Source of the DNA: Gemmatimonadota bacterium
GTDB taxonomy: Bacteria; Gemmatimonadota; Gemmatimonadetes; Longimicrobiales; RSA9
NCBI GenBank assembly: GCA_052387015.1
Contig: JBQTJO010000115.1
Span: 1 to 34,631 of the forward strand
Length of the DNA stretch: 34,631 nucleotides
Reading direction: 5' to 3'
Part shown: positions 25,720-32,778 of the stretch, piece by piece
Numbering within the stretch: position 1 is the first letter of the stretch
Layout: each line of letters begins with the position of its first letter
Notes under the pieces: model-generated
The model's database searches: none
What the model was told of the DNA's origin: nothing
Seen by the model: only the letters and a program-made list of their open reading frames with translations
Made by a program: the position numbers and the translations under genes

Positions 25720-26133
25720 ATGCGCGGTGAGGAATCCAGAACCATTATCGTCGACGGCTCCAATGTTGCGCACTCGAGCGAAGGCGACCGGGCTCAGCTG
25801 AGCAACATCCGCGTCGTGCGCGACAGGCTCGTCGAAGAAGGTTACGAACCGATCATCTTTGCCGATGCGGCGCTGCGCCACCAGATCGATGACGAGGCCG
25901 CTTTCGAGCAGATGGTCGACAGTGGTGAAATCCGGCAGGCGCCCGCCGGCACCGATGCCGACTATTTCATCCTGTCCTTCGCGCGCGAGCTGGAGGCGGA
26001 CGTGCTTTCGAACGACCGCTTCAAGGATCGGGTCGACGCGTTCCCGGAAAGCCGGGAACGCGTCATTCGCTACATGATCATCAATGGCGAAGTGGTCTTC
26101 GAGCGAAGGACCAAAAAGCGCCGGCAGCACTGA
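25720..26133 (+). CDS. stand-alone NYN / Zc3h12a-like ribonuclease domain protein
   Basis: 137-aa ORF starting at ATG 25720, with GGAGGA 5 nt upstream. The pattern TIIVDGSNVAHS...PIIFADAALRHQID...DADYFILSFARELEADVLSNDRF fits the acidic-residue pattern of NYN/PIN-like Zc3h12a nucleases. Confidence 0.65.
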   Translation: MRGEESRTIIVDGSNVAHSSEGDRAQLSNIRVVRDRLVEEGYEPIIFADAALRHQIDDEAAFEQMVDSGEIRQAPAGTDADYFILSFARELEADVLSNDRFKDRVDAFPESRERVIRYMIINGEVVFERRTKKRRQH

Positions 26134-26141
26134 CGGCAGGC

Positions 26142-27092
26142 TCACTCGATTGCAGGCACCGCCTTGGGCGTGCTCAATGCATCGCGCGCGGCTTCGGCCG
26201 CCGATTCGGCGGCATCCGCGGCCGCCGCAATCGCGGCGCTGGCGTTCGCGCGCGCATTGGTCACCGCGGCCGAGGCATTGGCCCTCGCCGTCGAGGCCGC
26301 GTCCGACGCCCGCACGTAGTACTTCGCGGCAAATTCCTTCGCGCTCAGCTTCCGCGCATAGATCACGTCGGCCAGCTTGAAAACCGACAGCAGCTTGATG
26401 TAGACCCAGCCGATGTCGAACTCATACCACTTCGCGCGGAAGGTCGCCGACTTCGGATCCGCGTGGTGGTTGTTGTGCAGCTCCTCACCGACGATCCAGA
26501 GGCCGAGCGGGAGAATGTTGCGGCTGGAATCCTTGGTTTCGAAGTTCCGGTAGCCGTAGGCGTGACCGATGCCGTTGATGACATTGCCGAAGATCGGAAT
26601 CCAGACCGCCATACAGCTCCAGACGACCAGACCGATCGCGAGGCCGAACAGATAGATGTCGAGCACCATCATCGAGAGCAGCCCGACCATCGTCTGCGCC
26701 GAGAAGAGGTTGCGCTCCAGCCAGTCGTTCGGACAGCCGCGCCCGTACTTCTCGATCATGTCCTCGTCCTTCACCGCTTCCTTGTAGAAGAAAACACCGC
26801 CGAACGTGATCTCGAGCACGCCCTCCTGAACCGGAGAATGCGGATCACCTTCACGGTCGCTGAACGCGTGATGCTTGCGATGGCAGGCAACCCACTCGAC
26901 GGTCGTGATCCCGGTCGTCAGCCACAGCCACGCGCGCATGAAGGTTTCGACCACCGGATGAAACTTCACGCCTTCGTGCGTAGCCGATCTATGGAGATAG
27001 AGTGTCACACACAGATTGGTGATATGACCGAGTATGATCACATAGAGAACGGGGACCCACCACGAAAACGCGAGGGAGCCGAAACCAGGCAT
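26142..27092 (-). CDS. membrane fatty-acid (acyl-CoA/acyl-lipid) desaturase
   Basis: 316-aa ORF with three His boxes (HRSATH, HRKHH, HNNHH) and TM helices at the expected positions. It also has an Ala-rich low-complexity C-terminal tail (ARANASAAVTNARANASAAIAAAADAAESAAEAA). Confidence 0.85.
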   Translation of the reverse strand: MPGFGSLAFSWWVPVLYVIILGHITNLCVTLYLHRSATHEGVKFHPVVETFMRAWLWLTTGITTVEWVACHRKHHAFSDREGDPHSPVQEGVLEITFGGVFFYKEAVKDEDMIEKYGRGCPNDWLERNLFSAQTMVGLLSMMVLDIYLFGLAIGLVVWSCMAVWIPIFGNVINGIGHAYGYRNFETKDSSRNILPLGLWIVGEELHNNHHADPKSATFRAKWYEFDIGWVYIKLLSVFKLADVIYARKLSAKEFAAKYYVRASDAASTARANASAAVTNARANASAAIAAAADAAESAAEAARDALSTPKAVPAIE

Positions 27093-27152
27093 TGCGCTGC
27101 TCCTATCGGAGAGAAAAAAGTCGGGACATCATCATATGCATTTCAATCGCGC

Positions 27153-28214
27153 ATGTTCCATTCCGGAAAAGCGTTCCATTATAGAGGCGCACCTCGGCAG
27201 GGGGAAGGTTTGGGGAGTTTTATCGCGGCATCCGGCGCGTTCGTGCCGGATGATATCCTGGACAATGAAGCTTGTGCCCGGCTGGCGGGCGTGACCCCGG
27301 AGTGGATCGTGCGCCGCACCGGCATCATCGAGCGGCGGATCGCGCCGGCTACGATGGGCACCGCAGCCATGGCGGCCCGGGCGGCGGCCGCCGCGCTGAG
27401 CAATGCCGGGGTTTCTTCGGACGACGTCGACCTGATCCTGGTTGCGACGTCCACGCCCGATCATCTCACGCCACCCACCGCTTGCGAGGTACAGGCAAAG
27501 CTGGGCGCGCGGCGCGCCGCGGCGTTCGATGTGGAGGCCGGTTTTGCCGCCTGGATCTACGCGTTCATCGTGGCCGACGCGCTACTGCGGACCGGCGGCG
27601 CCGCCAACGCGCTGGTCATTGGCGCCGACAAGCTCTCCTCGATCACCGACCGCTCGGATCCGGAGACCGGGCCTTTGTTCGGCGACGGCGCGGGCGCCGT
27701 GCTGCTGACGCAGACGGAGGCGGAGGCGGAGGCGGAGGCGGGTGCGGCACAAGCGCGCCTGCGCTCGTACAGCTGGTGGGCTGATGGCCGTCTGGCGAGT
27801 GCCCTGGTCCGGCGCGGCGGCGGTGCGCGGCTGCCCTTCGATCAGAGCGTGCTCGCCGAGAAGAGTCACCTGCTGAGCATGGAAGGAACCCGTCTCTTCA
27901 AGCACGCGGTGCGCACGATGGCGGCCCAGGCGGAGAGCGCGCTGGAGCGCGCCGGCATCGGCCTGGACGACGTCGCACTCATCGTCCCGCACCAGGCCAA
28001 CCTGCGCATTCTGAAGACCTTTGCCGCTCTGGTCGATGTGGCATGGGAGCGCGTGTTCGTGAACATCGACCGTTACGGCAACACCGGCGCCGCCACCATT
28101 CCGCTCGCGCTGCACGAGGCGGCGGGCGCCGGCGGACTGATTCGCGACGGCCGTCCGACGCTGCTGGTCGGATTTGGCGCGGGCGCCACCGCGGGCGCTA
28201 TTGTTCTGGCATGA
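27153..28214 (+). CDS. FabH-like (KAS III fold) protein lacking the nucleophile cysteine
   Basis: The track ORF is 26463..28214, trimmed to ATG 27153. TTG 27210 behind GGGGGAAGG is an alternative start that gives MGSFIAASGAFVPDD. The protein is colinear with FabH (EWIVRRTGIIERRIA, FGDGAGAVLL, VPHQANLRIL, YGNTGAATIPLAL), but the AFDVAAACAGF region reads AFDVEAGFAAW. Confidence 0.8.
   Translation: MFHSGKAFHYRGAPRQGEGLGSFIAASGAFVPDDILDNEACARLAGVTPEWIVRRTGIIERRIAPATMGTAAMAARAAAAALSNAGVSSDDVDLILVATSTPDHLTPPTACEVQAKLGARRAAAFDVEAGFAAWIYAFIVADALLRTGGAANALVIGADKLSSITDRSDPETGPLFGDGAGAVLLTQTEAEAEAEAGAAQARLRSYSWWADGRLASALVRRGGGARLPFDQSVLAEKSHLLSMEGTRLFKHAVRTMAAQAESALERAGIGLDDVALIVPHQANLRILKTFAALVDVAWERVFVNIDRYGNTGAATIPLALHEAAGAGGLIRDGRPTLLVGFGAGATAGAIVLA
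27716..27739 (+). repeat. (GGAGGC)x4 hexanucleotide microsatellite inside the FabH-like CDS
   Basis: Read directly: ggaggc ggaggc ggaggc ggaggc. It encodes the EAEAEAEA insert (TQTEAEAEAEAGAAQ) in a region that is a surface loop in FabH. Confidence 0.85.
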
Positions 28215-28804
28215 GCGAGCTGCCGTTTCTCACTGCACTGATTCTCGGATCGCTGCACGCCTTCGAGGCCGATCACATGGCCGCGGTTACGTCCTTTGCC
28301 GTCAACCGGCCGCGGGCGCGTGATGCGGTTCGTTTTGCGCTGCAGTGGGCGCTCGGCCACGGCGGCGCGCTCCTGCTCGGCGGCGCTGCGCTGTTCGTGC
28401 TCGGCCTGCGCATTCCCGAGGCGGCGACCGGCACCATGGAGCGACTGGTGGGCGTTGCGCTGGTCGCGCTCGGCGGCTGGACCGCATGGATCGCGCATCG
28501 CGCGCACGTGCGCGCCCACGCTCACTCGCATGCGCCCACAGTCGTAGGCCTGATGCACGGCCTCGCGGGCGCCGCGCCGGCGGTCGCGCTCGTGCCGCTC
28601 GCCGTCATGGGCTCGGCCGCGGGCGCTTTCGGGTATCTGCTACTTTTTGCAGCCGGCACGGCTGCCAGCATGGCGGTCTACGCAGCGGCGGCCGGCTTCC
28701 TGGCCGCGCGCGCGTCCGGCTTCGGCGAGCATGTCGGCCGCGCAATCGGCCAGCTGACCGGTGTCGGCACCATCGCGATCGGGATCTTCTGGCTGATCCG
28801 CTGA
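28211..28804 (+). CDS. six-TM metal (Ni/Co-type) transporter-like protein with HX4DH motif
   Basis: The track ORF is 28043..28804, trimmed to ATG 28211, which overlaps the FabH-like stop (ATGA). The first helix carries LHAFEADHMAAV (H-x4-D-H, the NiCoT/UreH signature). The His-rich loop is HRAHVRAHAHSHAP, and a second-half motif is GLMHGLAG. Confidence 0.6.
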   Translation: MSELPFLTALILGSLHAFEADHMAAVTSFAVNRPRARDAVRFALQWALGHGGALLLGGAALFVLGLRIPEAATGTMERLVGVALVALGGWTAWIAHRAHVRAHAHSHAPTVVGLMHGLAGAAPAVALVPLAVMGSAAGAFGYLLLFAAGTAASMAVYAAAAGFLAARASGFGEHVGRAIGQLTGVGTIAIGIFWLIR

Positions 28805-29371
28805 ATGGCCGCGCCTGACGAGCTGATGCAGCTGCACCAGCTGCTGATCGAGAAGTCCGTGCAGCGCGGCGATTTCACCCTCGCCTCCGGCCAGCGCTCG
28901 AGCTACTACGTGGATGCGCGCCTCACGACCATGTCGGGACGCGGCCAGGTGCTGATCGGCCGGCTCGGTCTCGCAGCGATCGATGAAGCCGGTTGGAAGC
29001 CCGCCGCGGTCGGCGGTCTGACGCTGGGCGCCGATCCGATCGCCTACGCGATCGCGCATGCCGCCACCCTGGCCGGCCGCAAGCTGGACGCGTTTACGGT
29101 GCGCAAGCAGGAAAAATCGCACGGCACCGGAAGACTGATCGAAGGCGGGTTCGTGCCCGGCATGTCGGTCGTAGTTGTGGAAGACGTCATCACGACCGGT
29201 GAGTCAGCATTACGGGCTGCGCGGGCCGTTTCCGAAGCAGGAGGGACCGTGTTGGGTGTGCTGGCCGTTGTCGATCGCGAAGAGCGAGGGCGTGAGCGGA
29301 TCATCGAGAGCGGTTATGAAATCCGTGCCTTGACCGCCGTGTCGAAGCTGCTTGGCGATGGCGTTATTTAG
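28805..29371 (+). CDS. pyrE: orotate phosphoribosyltransferase
   Basis: 188-aa ORF whose ATG directly abuts the preceding stop. Motifs: GDFTLASGQRSSYYVD, GGLTLGADPIA and the PRPP-binding loop VVVVEDVITTGES. Confidence 0.9.
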   Translation: MAAPDELMQLHQLLIEKSVQRGDFTLASGQRSSYYVDARLTTMSGRGQVLIGRLGLAAIDEAGWKPAAVGGLTLGADPIAYAIAHAATLAGRKLDAFTVRKQEKSHGTGRLIEGGFVPGMSVVVVEDVITTGESALRAARAVSEAGGTVLGVLAVVDREERGRERIIESGYEIRALTAVSKLLGDGVI

Positions 29372-29622
29372 CGGCCGCTTTCTATTATAACCAGGGGCTC
29401 ACGGCGCAGTGTCGCCTCAACACGGCGATCGAAGCTCGCCGGCTTGTCTCTTCCGAATACGATGCGCTTCTGCGAATTGTTGAGCCGTATGTCGCCGGCA
29501 CTTCGCGAGACGAATGGCAATTTGTCGCGAGGCCGGAGGCAGATCAGGCCGCGAATCGCTTTACATTCATGTGGTTCGTTGACTCAGGTAGTGTGCGTTT
29601 GTCCTACTCCTTGCGTTGGTGT

Positions 29623-29654
29623 TGTTACCATTGTAAATTGTTACAATGGTAACA
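29623..29654. promoter_or_regulatory. perfect 14-bp-arm palindrome overlapping the RHH start codon, candidate autoregulatory operator
   Basis: TGTTACCATTGTAA-ATTG-TTACAATGGTAACA, read directly. The ATG of the RHH gene (29646-29648) lies inside the right arm. Confidence 0.6.
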
Positions 29655-29804
29655 GGCTCCCGAAAACAGGTGGGCGCACGGATCGCGGCGGAGGTTTATC
29701 GGGAGCTCAAGGTTCTGGCAGCCCAGAAGGACATGAGGATCGGGGATTTGGTGGAGGAAGCGATCCGTCAGTATCTCAGGCGTCGGCCGGCCCGTTCCAG
29801 GTAA
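29646..29804 (+). CDS. ribbon-helix-helix (CopG/Arc-like) DNA-binding protein
   Basis: Too short for the ORF track. My translation is MVTGSRKQVGARIAAEVYRELKVLAAQKDMRIGDLVEEAIRQYLRRRPARSR (52 aa). It fits a beta-strand (KQVGARI) followed by helix-turn-helix, the usual RHH layout. Confidence 0.6.
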   Translation: MVTGSRKQVGARIAAEVYRELKVLAAQKDMRIGDLVEEAIRQYLRRRPARSR

Positions 29805-29833
29805 CCATTCATCTGCTCCGCGGGAAAACGTAA

Positions 29834-30850
29834 ATGTCCTCTTCGATCGCTCTCGTTCCCCCAATCCCCCGGAGCCCGAAAGCCGTGCAACTGCCGCTAC
29901 ACCTCGTCGAAGGAAGTGAAATGGCGGCCGCCTCCTCGAATGCATTGGATCGCCACCAGCGATACCAGTATCTTTCAGCCAGCCTCGTATTGGCTGACTG
30001 CTTCGATTGGCTACTTTCGCAGCCAAATCGGAGCATCCATGCGGTCGTAACCGATCCGCCGTACGGTTTGGTGGAATACAGCGCCAGCGAGCAGGCGAAA
30101 ATGCGTGCGGGCAGGGGCGGTGTCTGGAGGATCCCACCAGCGTTCGACGGGCATCAGCGGTCTCCTCTTCCGCGGTTTACGACTCTCAAGAAATCGGAAC
30201 TTGCGGAGCTCGAATCGTTTTTCCTCCGCTTCGGGAAGGCTTTGCTGCGCGTACTCGCTCCGGGCGCCCACGTGTTCGTGGCATCGAATCCGCTCGTATC
30301 ACATCTGGTGGCGAACTCCATTGTGAAGGCAGGACTCGTGCGCCGCGGTGAGGTCATTCGGCTGGTCATGACCATGCGTGGCGGCGACCGCCCCAAGAAC
30401 GCTCACCGAGAGTTCGAGGATGTGACAGTGATGCCGAGATCAATGTGGGAGCCTTGGTTACTATTTCGGGCACCGCTGGAAGGTCGCGTCCAAGACAATC
30501 TCCGAAAGTGGCGCACCGGAGGGCTGCGCAGGATCTCCAAAGACCGGCCGTTCGGAGATGTAATCAAGTCGGCACCCACACACGCAAAGGAACGGTCGAT
30601 CGCGCCGCATCCTTCACTAAAGCCGCAAGCGTTCTTGCGTCAGATTGTACGTGCGTCACTTCCGTTCGGAGAGGGAACCCTGCTCGACCCCTTCGCAGGA
30701 TCCGGATCCACGCTGGCGGCTGCTGTTGCAAACGGGTACGCGTGCGTTGGGGTTGAAGCCGATCCGAATTACTTCTCGATGGCAGCGGCTGCAATACCAT
30801 CGCTGAGTGAACTTACCGTGCGCGATACACCCATTGCTGACGGAGTTTAG
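29834..30850 (+). CDS. DNA methyltransferase, beta-class (motif IV before motif I), probably N6-adenine; no adjacent endonuclease
   Basis: 338-aa ORF. Motif IV is AVVTDPPYGL near the N-terminus. Motif I is LLDPFAGSGSTLAAA near the C-terminus, followed by GVEADPNYF. ATG 29921 (MAAASSNAL...) is an alternative start. Confidence 0.8.
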   Translation: MSSSIALVPPIPRSPKAVQLPLHLVEGSEMAAASSNALDRHQRYQYLSASLVLADCFDWLLSQPNRSIHAVVTDPPYGLVEYSASEQAKMRAGRGGVWRIPPAFDGHQRSPLPRFTTLKKSELAELESFFLRFGKALLRVLAPGAHVFVASNPLVSHLVANSIVKAGLVRRGEVIRLVMTMRGGDRPKNAHREFEDVTVMPRSMWEPWLLFRAPLEGRVQDNLRKWRTGGLRRISKDRPFGDVIKSAPTHAKERSIAPHPSLKPQAFLRQIVRASLPFGEGTLLDPFAGSGSTLAAAVANGYACVGVEADPNYFSMAAAAIPSLSELTVRDTPIADGV

Positions 30851-30989
30851 CAATTCCGTCCTTGTTCAGTGTGGAAAGTGCGAGTCCCGAGCAGTCCTTT
30901 CCGAGGATTATTGCGGAAGTCACCCAGTTCGACCTTTCCCAGGTAAAGCTCGGTGAGCTGTAATCGTCCCTTTCGTCAGAAAGCGGCGG

Positions 30990-31583
30990 TCAGGGCGCGA
31001 CCGTCGGTCCCGGCCAGGTCTTCGCCCGATCGATGCCGCGCGTCCGCACCTCCAGCTCGCGCTGCGCCGCCCGCAGATTGTTCTCGTACTGCCAGCGTCT
31101 CTCCAGCGACATGTTCTCGCGGAAATACTCGCTCGTCATGAGCGGGCCGGCGCGCCCTTCGATGACGTTCACCACCTCACCCAGGAAAAACGTCGACGCG
31201 CCGGTGTCCATCCCGTTCACGACCTTGCACTCGAATCCCGAGATACAGTCCGTGAGCAGGGGACAGCCGGTAGTGCCGTCGATCGTGTGCAGGGTCGCGA
31301 GCTTGTCGAAATCACGCCCGCTCTGCAGACCGAGCTGCCAGATCAATTCCCACTGATCGTTGCGCAGCACATGCAGCGCGAACACGCCGCTCTGATAAAT
31401 CAGGTCGTGACTGAAATTCGTCTTCGAGACGTAGATGGAAATGCGTGGCATGGTCGGCACCAGCGATGCGCGCTGCGCTGAATTGACGATCAGGCCATTG
31501 CGCCGGCCGCCGGCGGATGTGGTTATCGCCACCACCGGCGAGGTCAGCGCACGTAGAAGCGTATAGACGGGATCGAATGACAT
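30990..31583 (-). CDS. flavin reductase-like (FMN-binding split-barrel) protein
   Basis: The track ORF is 30990..31640, trimmed to ATG 31583 (MSFDPVYTLLRALTSPVVAITTSAGGRRNGLIVNS...STFFLGEVV). The longer version only adds a translation of the octamer repeat. Confidence 0.7.
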   Translation of the reverse strand: MSFDPVYTLLRALTSPVVAITTSAGGRRNGLIVNSAQRASLVPTMPRISIYVSKTNFSHDLIYQSGVFALHVLRNDQWELIWQLGLQSGRDFDKLATLHTIDGTTGCPLLTDCISGFECKVVNGMDTGASTFFLGEVVNVIEGRAGPLMTSEYFRENMSLERRWQYENNLRAAQRELEVRTRGIDRAKTWPGPTVAP

Positions 31584-31586
31584 AGG

Positions 31587-31659
31587 ATCATGGGACCATG
31601 GGAGCATGGGAGCATGAGAAACGGTGACCCATGTTCCCATGTTCTCATATTCCCATGTT
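31587..31659. repeat. 4 direct + 4 inverted octamer array (CATGGG core)
   Basis: Left half: ATCATGGG ACCATGGG AGCATGGG AGCATGAG. Spacer: AAACGGTGA. Right half: CCCATGTT CCCATGTT CTCATATT CCCATGTT. The right-hand units are reverse complements (AACATGGG / AATATGAG) of the left-hand ones. Confidence 0.9.
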
Positions 31660-31662
31660 CGG

Positions 31663-32778
31663 CTACTCGAGTAGCCGCAGCGGCATGACCAGGCACAGGT
31701 AATCCGGCTGCTCTTCGCCGTTTCTGCCCGCGGGCTCGATGGTGGCCGCGCGCTCGGGTGCCTTGAACGCCAGCTTCACTTCGTTGGTCGGCATGTAGCG
31801 CAGCACCTCGAGCAGGTAACTCGCATTGAAGCCGATCTCGAGCGGCTCGCCGTTGTAATCGACTTCGATCTCCTCCGTCGCCTCGCCGAGGTCGGGCGTC
31901 TCGACGCCGAAGCGGAGCACGTTAGCGGCGAACGCCATGCGCACGCGGTGCGTCTGATCGCTCGCGACCACCGCCATCCGGCGCAGCGCCTGGGAAAGCG
32001 TCGTCTTGTCGGCGATCGCGTGCTTGTCGTTGTCGCGCGGAATGACCTGCTCGTAATTCGGGTACGGCCCCTCGATCAGCCGCGTATACACCTGCGTGCC
32101 GTTGAAGCGGAAGCCGAGGTGGTTCTCGCTGCGCGCAACCTCCACCTCATCATCGGCCGCGAACAGGCGCTCGACCTGCGCGAGCGCCTTGGGCGGCACG
32201 ATCAGATCGACGCGCGGCGCGCCCGCGGCATCGACTGGCACCGCGTAGCGCGCCAGCCGGTGCCCGTTGGTCGCCACCATGCGCATCTCGCTCTCGCCGA
32301 GCTGCCAGAGCACGCCGTTCAGGATCGGCCGGCTCTCCTCCGTCGACACCGCGAACGACGTCTGCCGAATCAGATCGTGCAGAACGTTGCCTTTGACCTT
32401 CCAGCTCTCGTCGAAATTCACCGCGGGAAAGGTCGGAAACTCATCGCGCGGCATCCCGTTCAGGCGGAAAGTGGCCTTGCCGCATGCCAGCTCGAAGCGG
32501 TCGCCCTTGGTCGAGATCCGCACCGGATGCTCCGGCAGCTCCTTGGCGAGCTCCTGCAGCTTTTTGGCGGGCACCGTCAGCGATCCGCCTTCATCGACTT
32601 CCGCGGGTACGCGCAGACTGACCGCGATGTCCAGATCGGTGCCGCTCATGCCGACCGTGTCCCCTTCGACATCGATCAGAATGTTGGACAGCACCGGCAG
32701 TGTCGTGCGCGTCGGAATGCTGGCGGCGACGGCCGCCAGACCCTTCTGGAGATTTTCCCGAGTGATCCTGAATTTCAT
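31663..32778 (-). CDS. dnaN: DNA polymerase III beta sliding clamp
   Basis: 371-aa ORF. It begins MKFRITRENLQKGLAAVAASIPTRTTLPVLSNILIDVEGDTVGMSGTDLDIAV and ends ...CLVMPLRL. It lies directly downstream of dnaA. Confidence 0.95.
   Translation of the reverse strand: MKFRITRENLQKGLAAVAASIPTRTTLPVLSNILIDVEGDTVGMSGTDLDIAVSLRVPAEVDEGGSLTVPAKKLQELAKELPEHPVRISTKGDRFELACGKATFRLNGMPRDEFPTFPAVNFDESWKVKGNVLHDLIRQTSFAVSTEESRPILNGVLWQLGESEMRMVATNGHRLARYAVPVDAAGAPRVDLIVPPKALAQVERLFAADDEVEVARSENHLGFRFNGTQVYTRLIEGPYPNYEQVIPRDNDKHAIADKTTLSQALRRMAVVASDQTHRVRMAFAANVLRFGVETPDLGEATEEIEVDYNGEPLEIGFNASYLLEVLRYMPTNEVKLAFKAPERAATIEPAGRNGEEQPDYLCLVMPLRLLE

Noticed and set aside
26142-26330. Ala-rich quasi-repeat tail of the desaturase (ARANASAAVTNARANASAAIAAAADAAESAAEAA)
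   Set aside because: This is a low-complexity extension common in high-GC genomes. It is imperfect at DNA level, and no independent feature can be inferred from it.
29368-29570. Minus-strand open frame converging on the pyrE stop (…DIRLNNSQKRIVFGRDKPASFDRRVEATLRREPLVIIESGR*), whose end is faintly reminiscent of Phd/YefM antitoxin N-termini
   Set aside because: The only start codon is a TTG far inside the frame, with in-frame stops just upstream. The resemblance is short and sits at the wrong end of the protein. At most this is a decayed remnant, so I did not annotate it.
30851-30989. 139-nt spacer after the methyltransferase with short open frames on both strands (for example WERSNWVTSAIILGKDCSGLALSTLNKDGIAKL on the minus strand)
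   Set aside because: It is too short, has no credible start or SD, and I recognise no motif. It might be an endonuclease remnant, but that cannot be supported from sequence alone.
31587-31659. Whether the octamer array could be a CRISPR array
   Set aside because: The units are 8 nt with no spacers, and half of them are inverted. There is no leader and there are no cas genes, so it is not CRISPR-like.
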